A stretch of DNA of 64,000 bases from Candidatus Bathyarchaeota archaeon (GTDB lineage: Archaea > Thermoproteota > Bathyarchaeia > Bathyarchaeales > DTEX01), in assembly GCA_963714275.1 (NCBI GenBank), contig CAVQNT010000006.1, positions 32,001 to 96,000 of the forward strand, given 5' to 3'. Below the pieces are notes generated by a model. The model worked only from the letters and a program-made list of their open reading frames with translations, did not search any database and was not told where the DNA came from. Shown here in pieces: positions 21,714 through 32,934 of this stretch (positions within the stretch are counted from its first letter, which is position 1; the number at the start of each line of letters is the position of its first letter). A program made the translations under genes and the position numbers.

Positions 21714-22603
21714 ATGAATGAGCACGGGAAGACTTCTAAAAACTTAATTTACCTAGGAGTTGCATTAGTTGTCACGTTGTGTTTCTTCTTTGTTGAGCTA
21801 ATTGGAAGTTTCTTAACAAACAGTCTTGCCCTTCTAACCGATGCTTGGCACATGTTGAACGATGCTTTTGCCCTAGCTCTTTCGATGATAGACTGCTTGG
21901 ATTGCTCAAAGACCAGAAACAAATAAAAGGACTTATGGCTATTATCGAGCGGAGATTTTGGCAGCTTTTCTGCAAGGAGTACTGCTGTGGATCGTTGTTT
22001 TCTATGTGTTCTTTAAATCTTTTGAACGGTTTCAGCAGCCTTCTCAAGTCATGAGCTTTAACATGCTTATCATTGCTGTCTTCGGTCTTCTGTCTAACGG
22101 ATTATCTGCAGCCATTCTTTCGAGGGCAGGCGACGAAAGTTTGAACATTAAAGGCGCTGCTTTACACGTAATTTCAGACGGTTTAGGCTCAGTAGGCGCA
22201 ATCCTTGCAGGGATCATCATGTTTTTTACAGGATGGTACCAAGCTGACGCATTGATTAGCGCGTTAATTGGTATTCTGATTCTGTATAGCTCGGGAAAAA
22301 TTGTCAAAGAATCAATAAATGTTCTTCTTGAAGGTGTCCCTTCACACATGAGCCTTGAAGACATTGAAAAAAGAATTCTAGAAGTAAAAGGCGTAAAAGG
22401 AGTCCACGATCTTCACGTGTGGTGCATTTCGCCATCGAGAATGTGCATAATGAGCGGTCATGTAGTTGTAGAAGAAGACGTAGACAAGAAGAATGTTATG
22501 TGGCTATTAATCCATATTCTCAAAGAAGAATTTGGAATAGACCACACCACAATCCAGGCTGGAAGATGAAGGATATCCAAAGGCGCCTGGTGAACACCCT
22601 TAA
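21714..22603 (+). CDS. Cation diffusion facilitator (CzcD/ZitB-like) metal exporter (frameshifted)
   Basis: SLALLTDAWHMLND, ALHVISD, HDLHVW, IDHTTIQ. Confidence 0.88.
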
Positions 22604-22872
22604 TAAACAATTGAACTACCTCGCCAGCGACGGTCAGAATCAAAGTATTAACTACGTATTTTCTTGATAAAAATCCGCAGTCTGGTTCATTCACAATCTT
22701 TAGTTACTAGGTTGTTTGTCTAGTCTGGCTAGCAGGCTTATTTCTAAAATATGAGTGACCCTTCAACGATTTTACCATAAATCATAAAGTTCTTATTAGA
22801 GAGCCCAATAATATTCGTAAACTTCCGCAATCAGGAAGGTTTAGTTGATAAGAGCTTACGGAAGACAAGCTC

Positions 22873-23739
22873 ATGGTTATGCAGCTCTCAAGAAGACACA
22901 CTCAAGAAAAACTTCTTGTAGAGCGAATCATGTATACAAAGCGATACTCACTTATTCTTGACAATGAAAAATGCGTTGGATGCGAAATTTGCAGAATCGC
23001 CTGTCCGCGGGAAGCAATTACTGTCGTAAAATCGCCAAAAGTAGAAGGCACAAAGTTAAGTAAATCCGCGGTAAACTTGGATGAGACTAAATGTTCCTTC
23101 TGCGGAATCTGCACTGCGATATGCCCATTCAGCGCCCTTGCTTTAACAATGAACGACAACAAATGGGTCCCTGTTCTCGAGAAGGAGGCTTTCCCGCAGG
23201 TCATCCACGAAGTGACGGTTGACGAATCAAAATGTCCAGTTGACTGCACAAAATGCGAAGAAGCATGCCCATTTAAACTCATAAAGGTCACATCCGACAA
23301 AGCTTCGGGTCGTGTGCACGTCCAAGTTGACAAAGAACACTGTCCAGGCTGCCAATTGTGTGAGGTCAAATGCCCAAACGGAGCCATTACTACGAGGAAG
23401 ATTTTCTCGGGTTTAATAGCAATAGACAGTATGAAGTGTCCCGAGAACTGCCATGACTGCGTTGATGTTTGCCCTGTACTTGATGTCTTAAGTCTTTCAG
23501 AGGATGGTAAAGTCGAGGTTTACGAAAAACACTGCATCTATTGCGGAGCCTGCAAGGTCGTTTGCCCTATTAAAAATGCACTTTTTCTACAAATGAGTTC
23601 AGTGTACCATACGCCTATACATTCGGGAGCGTGGAATAAAGCGCTTGAAAAACTCGCAACTGTCAACGGGGTAACTAGGGAACTGAGAAGCAATTCGTCC
23701 ATGAAGGTCCGTGAGACTGTAAAGAAACGTTTCAGCTGA
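22873..23739 (+). CDS. Polyferredoxin (multiple 4Fe-4S; FwdF/MvhB-like)
   Basis: Six CxxCxxCxxxCP-type motifs. Confidence 0.88.
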   Translation: MVMQLSRRHTQEKLLVERIMYTKRYSLILDNEKCVGCEICRIACPREAITVVKSPKVEGTKLSKSAVNLDETKCSFCGICTAICPFSALALTMNDNKWVPVLEKEAFPQVIHEVTVDESKCPVDCTKCEEACPFKLIKVTSDKASGRVHVQVDKEHCPGCQLCEVKCPNGAITTRKIFSGLIAIDSMKCPENCHDCVDVCPVLDVLSLSEDGKVEVYEKHCIYCGACKVVCPIKNALFLQMSSVYHTPIHSGAWNKALEKLATVNGVTRELRSNSSMKVRETVKKRFS

Positions 23740-23740
23740 G

Positions 23741-26174
23741 GTGACGGTGGTAATGTTCCAAAATCCAAGGATCGGAGTCTTCGTGTGCCACTGCGGTCTT
23801 AACATAGCGGGAACAGTGGACGTTGAAGCCATCACCGAATATGCGCGGACTCTTCCTGACGTCGTTTATACAGTTCACAACCGTTACACTTGTTCTGATC
23901 CTGGGCAGGAAGAGATACGTAAAGCCATAAAGGACCATAATCTCAACCGGGTTGTTGTTGCTGCCTGTTCGCCGAGGATGCACGAATTCACTTTCCGTCG
24001 GACAGTCGCTGAGGCTGGGTTGAACCCGTACCTTTTCGAGATGGCCAACATTAGAGAGCATTGTTCATGGTGTCACCCCAGCAAACCTGAGGAGGCAACT
24101 CAGAAAGCTAAAGAAATAGTCAAAATTGCTGTTGCGAAAGCTAGACTTCTTGGACCCTTGCAGCCAATCGAGGTTCCAGTTACAAATAAGGCGTTAGTCT
24201 TGGGCGGTGGAATAGCTGGTATGAACGCGGCTCTTGACTTGGCTGAGATGGGTTTCAAGGTCTACTTGGTGGAAAAGAAGGAAAGCATCGGTGGGCACAT
24301 GGCTCAGCTGGACAAGACGTTTCCAACTTTGGATTGTTCCATCTGTATCGAAGGTCCAAAGATGGTTGACGTTTCCCGTCATCCGAACATTGAAATTTTC
24401 TCGTTCACAGATATAGTCAGCGTCGAGGGATTCGTGGGAAACTTCAATGTTAAACTACGAAAACAACCCCGATACGTCATAGAAGAGAACTGCACTGGAT
24501 GCGGAGAATGCCGAGACATTTGCCCCATAGAGTTCCCGAACGATTGGGACATGAACATAGGTGTGAGAAAAGCGATTTCGGTTCCTTTCGATCAGGCTGT
24601 ACCTTTAATTTACTCAATAAACAAGGACTACTGCATCGAATGCTTCAAGTGTGTTGATGCTTGTGGAGACCGCCAAGCTATTGACTTCAGCCTTGAACCT
24701 AAAGAGGTTGAGGTAGAGGTAGGCATCATAATAATTGCCACGGGTTATGACATTTACCTGCCAGAAGAAGGCAACGTCTACGGGTACGGAAAATACAATA
24801 ATGTCTTGACAAGTTTAGAGTTTGAAAGGCTTATTCTCGCAGCTGGCCCAACTAATGGTCAAGTCATTAGGGCTTCGGATGGTAAACAGCCAAAAGTAGT
24901 GGCTTTAGTTCAGTGCGTAGGCTCCCGTGATGTAGAAAAATACCCGTACTGTTCAGGTTTTTGCTGCATGTATACCCTAAAGCACGCTGTACAGCTGAAG
25001 GAACATTATGGGCAAGACGTGGAAGTTTACGTTTTTTACATCGACATGCGAACCAACTTCAAAGGATACGAAGAATTCTACGCGAGAGCCAGAGAAATGG
25101 GAGTAAACTTCATCAGAGGTCGAGTGTCTAAAGTTTTTGAAACGCCAAAAAAAAACCTAATCATCCGTGCAGAAGACACGTTACTCGGAGAACCCATTGA
25201 ACTAGAGGCTGAAATGGTCGTCCTAGCCACCGCAGCTACAGCATGTAGGGACGCTGGAGAAGTCTCAAGAGTTCTCAACATTACCCGTGGCATGGACGGG
25301 TTCTTCATGGAAAGCCATCCGAAGCTTAAACCCATCGATACAGCGGTTGACGGAATCTTTTTAGCTGGAGCCTGCCAAGGACCGAAGGACATACCATACA
25401 GTGTTGCTCAAGGTAGTGGGGCAGCAGCGCGAGCAGCGACAGTTCTTTCCAAGTCCACTGTCAAGATTGAACCAATAGTGTCCGTTGTTGACCCAGAAAA
25501 GTGTCGGAACACGAAGATTAAATGCGGAATTTGTGCAACAAAGTGTCCATACAGCGCAATCCAGGTTGAACCAAACAAGCCAGCTGAAGTTGTCGCAGCA
25601 AAGTGCCATGGTTGCGGTATATGTGTTGCTGAGTGCCCGGTTGACGCAATCACGCAGATGCACTTCACTGACGCTCAAATTTTGGCTCAGATAGACGCAG
25701 CCTTGGAGGAGAATCCTGAAAATAAGATATTGGGGATTTGCTGCAATTGGTGCTCCTATGCAGGCGCAGACTTGGCTGGAACAAGCCGTTTCGAATATCC
25801 TACAAACATTAGAATAATCAAGGTCATGTGTTCAGGAAGGGTTGACAGAGACTTTATTCTCGAAGCCTTCCGAAAAGGCGCAGGCATGGTTCTGGTCGGA
25901 GCTTGCCACCTTCCATACGATTGCCACTACATTGACGGAAACTGGAAGATGAAGGCACGCATGGAAACACTAGCAAACATGCTTCAGAAGCTCGGAATAA
26001 CGCCTGACAGGTTCAGGGTTGAATATGTTTCAGCAGACTGAAGGCGTCAAGTTCGCCCAAGTAGTCAAAGACATGACTGAAAGGCTAAACGAAATCGGCG
26101 TAGAAAAGATTAGGGCTGAAAACGAGAAACTGAAACCTTACATTGACCGGATACTTGAAAGGAAAAACAAATAA
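23741..26174 (+). CDS. hdrA: Heterodisulfide reductase subunit A fused to MvhD-like [2Fe-2S] domain (frameshift near 26040)
   Basis: GVFVCHCG, GGGIAG, LDKTFPTLDC, CVGSRD...CSGFCC, GACQGPKDI, then CCNWCSYAGAD, MCSGR and DCHY (MvhD). Confidence 0.93.
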
Positions 26175-26232
26175 CTTGTCATTATGCACCTTTTGGCTTA
26201 TCGTTAAAAAAATTACAGGATTGTAAAATACA

Positions 26233-27044
26233 TTAGAATGAATTTATGAGAAGCCTTATACTTACGATGAGCATGACTAGGCTGAAAGCCTTTTTCAGAA
26301 GTTTTCCTGAAAATTTTTTGGCTATTCGAGCACCCAGTTGCGTGCCGAAGATGACTCCTATTGCTATGTAGGCTGAGTACTCTAGCCTCACGTTGTTGAG
26401 TGTATGTGAGTTAATACGCCTGCAATGCTTGTGAAAATCATGATGAACATTGATGTTGCGATGGTTAGGTGAATTGGAATGCCTGCTGCGAGGTTAAGAA
26501 TAGGAACCATCAGTGCGCCGCCACCTATGCCCAGTAGCCCAGATGACAGTCCGCCAAAGAAGGACAAAATGAAGGCTAGGACGATGTTTGTGTCATATTC
26601 GAACATTTTTTCTTCCGAATCAGTGAGCTTCCGATGCCAAGTTCTCGAAATTTTCGTTATCTTGGGTAATGGAATGTGCAAATTACTAAGCATACTTATT
26701 GCCACAAAAATTAGGAAAAACGAAAAAATTATCGCCAGCAAGCTACTTGACACAAGGGTTGTCGCGTAGGCTCCTAAAACAGCTCCAGGAACTGTAGAGA
26801 CTGCTGAGACTACCCCAACTTTATAGTCTATCCGTTTCTGCCTTGAATACGCGTATGTCGAAGCAAAAGAGGTGAAGACGATGACTGCGAGGCTTGTTCC
26901 TACAGCTTCCTGGGAGGTGAAGACATAGATTATCGAAAGGGCAGGAACAATGAAGGTGCCGCCGCCTATGCCTGTTATAGATGCTATTATGCCTACTAGG
27001 AATCCTAACAAAATCAGGACCACGATATCGACCAGCAGCAGCAC
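26233..27044 (-). CDS. Sulfite exporter TauE/SafE family protein (frameshift near 26390)
   Basis: Duplicated GIGGG motifs (ITGIGGGTFIVP; LLGIGGGALMVP), AVGTSL, IATS. Confidence 0.88.
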
Positions 27045-27430
27045 AATTTTTGCCTCCTACAATCCTATCAGCAACCGCCTTTAAACTGTTAAAGGTTTCG
27101 AAAGAAAATGGCTTCTAGAAGCTGTCTTATTTGTGTAACAACCGAGTTTTCCATTTGTGTAACAAGAAAAAGGTATGGTTTGTCGTCAACTGTTTTTTAT
27201 TGTTGGATCGAGCTAAATGGAAAAATTTCTTTTCTCGCTATTCTGGTTGTATATGTGCATCATATGTTGGAGGAGGGGGATTTACAGCCTTTTTCTTTGT
27301 CAAGATTTTTATTGCAATGACAGCGGGCGGAAGGATTAAGGCTACCAGCAATATAAGCATGAAGGGATTTATCATGTTAAATGTTTTTAGTAATCATTTT
27401 TATTATTTATACCATATTATCCAGTTAAGG

Positions 27431-27504
27431 AGCCTCAGGCGGGATTTGAACCCGCGGTCTCCACCTTACCAAGGTGATGCCCTAACCAGCTGGGCCACTG
27501 AGGC
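27431..27504 (-). tRNA. tRNA-Thr(GGT), intronless
   Basis: Reverse complement GCCTCAGTGGCCCAGCTGGTTAGGGCATCACCTTGGTAAGGTGGAGACCGCGGGTTCAAATCCCGCCTGAGGCT folds as a cloverleaf; anticodon loop TTGGTAA. Confidence 0.95.
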
Positions 27505-27695
27505 ATAGGTTACTTTTTAGCCTATGCGGAAATTTAAAGTTTTGTTTGATGCTGTTATGTTATGGGTTTTGTGTATTAAGAAACGATTAAATCTACAATG
27601 AATGGAGACATCTCCCGCAACTCCCCCTCTTTTTTTGTTTTCTATATCGTGAAAGTCTTTTTTGTTACCAATGATAGTTTTCAGGAGGGGAGACG

Positions 27696-27998
27696 GTGAA
27701 GATGATTACGCTTTTGATTTCTGAATCCTACATCGTAGCGTTGGACAGTCTTGTTGGGCAAGGCAATTTTCCATGCAGAAGTGAAGCCGTCAGACTCGCC
27801 GTCAGAGATCTGCTCGTGAAAGAAGGCTGTTTGCCCAAGGCAGAAATTTCAGAAGATTTGACGGAAAAACTTGCTGTAGCCATGCACCTGGACAAGCAAA
27901 TGAAATTTTACAAAGAACATGCTGGGAAAGTTGACTATAAACCTGGCCTCTACTGGATACAAGAAAAATACCGCAAGCAAAAGGAGGCTTCTGAATGA
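27696..27998 (+). CDS. Ribbon-helix-helix (CopG/NikR-like) regulator
   Basis: MKMITLLISESYIVALDSLVGQGNFPCRSEAVRLAVRDLL; SD-like GGAGGGG upstream. Confidence 0.82.
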   Translation: MKMITLLISESYIVALDSLVGQGNFPCRSEAVRLAVRDLLVKEGCLPKAEISEDLTEKLAVAMHLDKQMKFYKEHAGKVDYKPGLYWIQEKYRKQKEASE

Positions 27999-28174
27999 AG
28001 TGCCCAAACTGTGAGTCAGCGAATCTGCAGCCTCATTATGATGGCACGTTTACGCCTAACGGCTGGATCTGCATAGACTGTTGTCACGTCGACAGGACTC
28101 TCGAGGCGCCTAAAGTCCCGAAAATGCCCTTGATTGGGATCAAGACTTTGCGTAAAGCGTGGTGGGAAAAATGA
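27995..28174 (+). CDS. Zn-ribbon protein (59 aa, below the ORF-track cutoff)
   Basis: MKCPNCES...WICIDC; ATGA overlaps with both neighbours. Confidence 0.65.
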   Translation: MKCPNCESANLQPHYDGTFTPNGWICIDCCHVDRTLEAPKVPKMPLIGIKTLRKAWWEK

Positions 28175-28353
28175 CTGAATCTACCGTTAGACTTGTTGTT
28201 AAACGGACTTATCGAGGCGTCCCCTACAGCGTTAATGCATACCTGCAAAGCCTAACCAGCGTTGAGCCTGTGATGGCGGTTGTTGGACAGATTGAAGAAT
28301 TCATCGACCGGGAAGTCCAGAAACAAAGTATGGAAGAGAAGGGTGGAGGATAA
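28171..28353 (+). CDS. Small hypothetical viral protein
   Basis: Translationally coupled ORF in the early-gene cluster. Confidence 0.5.
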   Translation: MTESTVRLVVKRTYRGVPYSVNAYLQSLTSVEPVMAVVGQIEEFIDREVQKQSMEEKGGG

Positions 28354-28355
28354 CA

Positions 28356-28625
28356 ATGAAGAAGGTTAGGAAGAGCATTGTTTATCAGCGTTGCGAAGAC
28401 CTCGCTGGGATTCTTGTTGAACAAGGGTATTCAGTCGTGAATGATTATGATCTTGAGTACCTGCTGAAACGGTATGTTGGCGCTGACCCCCGAACTGTCA
28501 AGGCATACAAGAACCATCTTGTTGAATTCAATTTTCTGCAACGTACGAAAGACGGTTTCAACATTTTGAAAGTGTGGATTCCCGTCCAGAAACGTTTGGA
28601 GGCTGTCGCAGAATCTTCCAAGTAA
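28356..28625 (+). CDS. Winged-HTH-like viral protein
   Basis: LLKRYVGADPRTVKAYKNHLVEFNFL; GGAGG SD upstream. Confidence 0.6.
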   Translation: MKKVRKSIVYQRCEDLAGILVEQGYSVVNDYDLEYLLKRYVGADPRTVKAYKNHLVEFNFLQRTKDGFNILKVWIPVQKRLEAVAESSK

Positions 28626-28794
28626 TTTGTGTGTGCGTGTATTTGGATGTAAGGGGCTAAGGGAAAAATGAAACGAAAAACTGCTAATAATAATAATAAT
28701 AAAAAATATCGTTTAGCTATGCAGCTGTAGCTGCACACACACACAAATCCTATATAAGCATTTTTAGAGCGCACACAAAAAAGCAAAAACAAAC

Positions 28795-28942
28795 AATTCC
28801 AAAACCTGAACATTGTTCTAACCCATGGAAGCCTGACTGCGAGAACACCGACATCGCCCTGGATATTGAACATCAGGGGAAAAGGCGTCCTATCTGCCGA
28901 AAATGCTGGGAAACCATCAGCAGGAGCAGACATCAATGGTGA
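28795..28942 (+). CDS. Small Zn-finger protein (start uncertain)
   Basis: Manual frame: PEHCSNPWKPDCENTDIALDIEHQGKRRPICRKCWETIS. Confidence 0.45.
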
Positions 28943-29167
28943 CCAGCATGTTTTGTCTCGGAAAGGGTAGATGTCTGGACCTACGAATCTCTTGGGTATG
29001 GAAAACTACTTTTTCGTCGTCAATTTTTGGGCTAAAAAATGGTGCTGAAAAGTGTCCCAAAAACTTGTCTAATAGATGGTTGAAAGGGCTTGGAACGTGG
29101 TTCACGGAAGTGTATGTCAACATTACTGGTTTGTATCCAGAGTCGGTTTTTGTGGTGATTCAGTATT

Positions 29168-29405
29168 TTGTGGAGGCGAATGTTGTTGAAGAGGAAAAAA
29201 GACCAAATTGTTGAGATTAAGCGCATAGAAGTTGAAATTAAGGATATTCAAGGCTGTTTTCCAGCCCAGATTATGAGCTCGCGGAAGCAGCTTTTACGTC
29301 CGTTTGGATCCCTCTTTCATCAGATTCTACGAGTTGCAGCCGGGAGACGAGATCCTGGTCACAATCACGGAAGCAAAACGTGAAAAAAGAGAGGAAACAA
29401 AATGA
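29168..29405 (+). CDS. AbrB/SpoVT-like DNA-binding protein (frameshifted)
   Basis: Shifted frame reads FYVRLDPSFIRFYELQPGDEILVTITEAK (swapped-hairpin pattern). Confidence 0.5.
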
Positions 29406-29680
29406 GGATAAACATTGTCATCAACGGATGGCATGACCTTGCGAAGATGATTCTGCGGGTCACATGTCTGGCTGGAATAGTTGGCATCGCACTCAAACTC
29501 ATTTTCTACGTGGTCATGATCAACGTTTACATTGCCCTGCTTCCCAACAACATTTACGCCGTCGCAATCGCTGAAAACTTCTTTTTTCCGTATTTCCCTA
29601 ACGCACTGGACTCCGCCTTCCTAATTGTTGCTGCGATGTTTTTGGCGCTTGAAAAAAGGACGAAAAGGGGAGAGAAATGA
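29402..29680 (+). CDS. Hypothetical membrane protein
   Basis: Two or three hydrophobic segments. Confidence 0.5.
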   Translation: MRINIVINGWHDLAKMILRVTCLAGIVGIALKLIFYVVMINVYIALLPNNIYAVAIAENFFFPYFPNALDSAFLIVAAMFLALEKRTKRGEK

Positions 29681-29684
29681 GATA

Positions 29685-30115
29685 ATGGCAATTTATTGGT
29701 GTGAAACATCGCCGGAAAACATCTGGATGCATCATTCAAAAGTTATGATGCGATGATTTGGCATCTTAAAAAAGTGCATGATATTAAAATTGTGGAGCGG
29801 TGGAGGCTTATTGAAGGTCATAATTTTTGGAATCTTACTAATCCAAATTTGAAAGTTATTATGAAATGTAGCATTTGTGATTGGTATGCGTATAGTGAAA
29901 ATTGGGATGATGCTTATAGGATCGCTAATCAACATGAAAAGAATCACATGAAATATTATTGTTGCGGAAAAGGGTTTAGAAGTCTCGTAGTGCTTCTTAG
30001 GCACGTTGATAAGGTTCATGGCGTCCATGTTGGGTTTGAAAGGGGGATGTCTAAGAGAAGGCTGTTTTTGGATGGAATAACAAAATCAGCTAAAAGGAGA
30101 TGTTACTTGGGATGA
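29685..30115 (+). CDS. Multi-C2H2 zinc-finger protein (N-terminal frameshift)
   Basis: SFKSYDAMIWHLKKVH, CSIC...HEKNH, YCCGKGFRSLVVLLRHVDKVH. Confidence 0.6.
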
Positions 30116-30305
30116 CTCAAAAAAAAGAGAATTGAAAATTTGGAAAGGTTGAAGGAGACTTATCACAAAACTTTAAGTTAGTAGCTTTTGTTTTTCTGTC
30201 CCCCTTCGGAAACTCTTCAGTCCTGTCCTTTCAGGAGAAACAAAAAGTGGGAATTTTAGGCTTTAAGCTTACGTTGCCTATATAGCGTGTATGCGATTAT
30301 CCATG

Positions 30306-31113
30306 CTAACCTGATGGCGACATAAAAGCCCACTCGTAGAAGATGCCTGTTGTGGTGATTACTCTGATACAATATGATGTGTCAGGTTGCAGCTTCAGTG
30401 TCTTCCAGATTATAGTAATATCTTTTGTGGACCCGACGTCGATTGTTGTTGGCAACGTAGGTGAAACAGATGCTTCGGTAGTGGCATTATACCATGTTGC
30501 TCCTGGATTTAATCTTATAACAACTGATTGTATCGTTGCAGTGGCGCTTCCTGTATTCCTTACGGTTATCTTAGTTGTATTCTGAGATACAATCCATTGC
30601 ACCATATCTATCATTATTTGTATCTGTGGTGGTTGTGGTGTAGAAGCGATTATTTGGTTTCTGGCGAACTTAACAACTACTGGTAGTTCTTGTTGTGGTG
30701 GAGCACCTTGGTTAATATCAAAAGTCAAAGTTAGAGTTACCGAACTTTTTGCTGGAGTCTGTAATTGTCCAACACCATAATCTCCCTTCTTGCTCAGGAA
30801 TTATCACACCACTGACTGAAGCATTTACGTCAATACCTTGAGGTATTTGAGTCTGTCCTTGTCCGTCAAGGAAGTAGACATCCACATCTACGATAATGTC
30901 TTTATTTGCCGAATTGCGAATTGTTAAGTTCTGGACCTTCGTCTCACCTGCGTATGCAGTAATTGAAAACGTGGATGGTCTTATAGAGATTGGTTCATTA
31001 ATTGTGAGTGTTGCTTGAACGAATAAGATGTCCCATGCCCCTACAACCCCAATGCTGAACAACGATACAAGCAGTACTACCAAGATTAGTTTCTTAGTCC
31101 TTTGCATTTTCAT
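30306..31113 (-). CDS. Secreted/surface protein with Ig-like and pilin-like beta domains (frameshift near 30720-30790)
   Basis: Signal peptide MKMQRTKKLILVVLLV...; C-terminal ITVRNTGSATATIQSVVI...YCIRVITTTG resembles archaeal pilin globular domains. Confidence 0.55.
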
Positions 31114-31643
31114 TTCTCCTTATACCTTCTTGTGTGCTCTTTCTGCTCTTCCATTAGAGTCTAAGTGGTTTCACACTTCCAACAGAGTTTACTGCTAGCT
31201 AGCTATAAGCCGTTATTATAATTGAACGTATAAGGGTTAAGAAAGATAATTAAGAAATATAAATCTATTAAATAATAGCAGTTAAAAGAAGAAGAAAAAG
31301 CCTATAATCTTTACTGAAAAAATTTAATGTGACTAGGCTTTGCCATTTTTGTTTTTTTGTGGTGTTTTTGTGTGTGAGTAGAGTAGTTAGCTGACTAATT
31401 GTGATTGTTTTTTGAAATTTTTTCTTCTACTGCAAGCTCAATGTAATTTGAGCGGGACCTCTGTTCTCTTTCACATATTAACTTCAGTTTTTGGATGATG
31501 CTTTTGCTTAAAGCAACGCTGATTATTTCCTTATTCATGATTCCACGCTTATTTTCTAGCGTTATTAGTAATTAATACTTATTGTTAATTCTTAACAGCA
31601 TGCCTTTTAAAAATATAAAAATATATAAATTCGGTTAGATAGC

Positions 31644-32932
31644 TTGGCTCTTAAATGGATTAAAAGAATTTTTGCGAAGGACACAGCTGAACCGGGCATC
31701 AGAGGAGCTGGAGCCACCAGCCAAGCGGACTTTGGCACTCCGATAAGTGACACTGATCTTCTTTTCGCTGTTAAAAGGGAGCCTGTTGCACATCGCATCG
31801 TCTTCATGGTTGCGCATGACATTTTTGATAACTGGTTCAGCGTTGACGTTGCAGGCGAAAAAAGGCCTGATACAAGATTTAACGATCAGATCCAAACGGT
31901 TCTTGATGATCTTGAAGCAAAATCTGTTTTTACGGAGATGGCTGTTTATGAGAGGCTTTACGGTGAAGCAGTCGTCCTCGTCGGTTATTCTGATTATGGA
32001 AAGGACCTTATAAAACCCGTTAAGGATCCTCAAAGCATCGAGGATCTTGTGGCTTACAGTCCTCTTGACTTTAATGTTTCTTCTTCTGACGAAGACAGGG
32101 ATCCGAAAAGTCCTCGTTACGGGCTTCCAGAATTTTACACTTTTGTTCGAGGCAGCCAAACTGTAAGGGTTCATTATAGCCGAGTTATCCATTCTGCGAC
32201 AAGGCTGTTGGATCATCCTTACAGAGGTCTCAGCACCCTTGAACCCGTGTATGATGACCTTACCGTCTTGCGTAACATTCGCTGGGGTATGGGTCAAACT
32301 ATGGTTCGTTACGGTGGCGGTTTCCCTGACATCACATTGAAAGGTAAAGACGCGGACAAGATTGACGACTTCATTATGGGCAAACAGATGGAGACCGTTA
32401 ACGCTAGGACATATTTTGTGCATAACGAGCTTCAAGAGCTTGAGTTTAAGGGCGTAGGCGGAGTTACGCTTGACCCAGAAAAGTATTATGTGCCCATCAT
32501 GGAAAGCATCAGCGCAGGCTCCGGGATTCCATTAGCCATTTTACGGGGTGCCAGACTGGAGCATTAACTGGTTCAGAGGTTAATGAACGGGAATATTTCA
32601 AGCTCATAAGTGATGCTCAAAGCCGTTACGAGCCTGGAGTCCGAAAATTGCTTGATATGCTTATCGAATGTGGACAGGTCCGTTGGTTCTATAATGTGCC
32701 CAAGAAATATCGGGTCAGCTGGGGAGGAGGCTTCGAAGTAAACGAGAAGGACCAGGCCTTAACACAACTTTCAGTAGCGCAGGCAATGAATCTCCACTCA
32801 AACTGGATGACTTTGAATGAGCTTAGAGCAACGATGGATCCACCGCTTCCTGCCCTTCCAAGTCCTCAGGGAGATCTTATTCTCGGGTTGGAGAAGCTGC
32901 AGCAGTCACAGAAATTATTGTCACCTATTTAG
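31644..32932 (+). CDS. Phage portal protein (DUF1073-like; frameshift near 32560)
   Basis: YERLYGEAVVLV, DPKSPRYGLPEFY, VRVHYSRVI, GLSTLE, ISAGSGIPLAILRG...LTGSE motifs. Confidence 0.85.
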
Positions 32933-32934
32933 AG

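Noticed and set aside
26039-26041. TGA ending the HdrA-MvhD ORF as selenocysteine
   Set aside because: The continuation (EGVKFAQVV) is in another frame, so it is an indel, and the position is not a Cys/Sec site
27604-27692. CTCCCCCTC / GAGGGGAG pairing as an SD-sequestering riboswitch
   Set aside because: Imperfect pairing, and a probable promoter lies between the arms; the upstream tract could simply be a terminator
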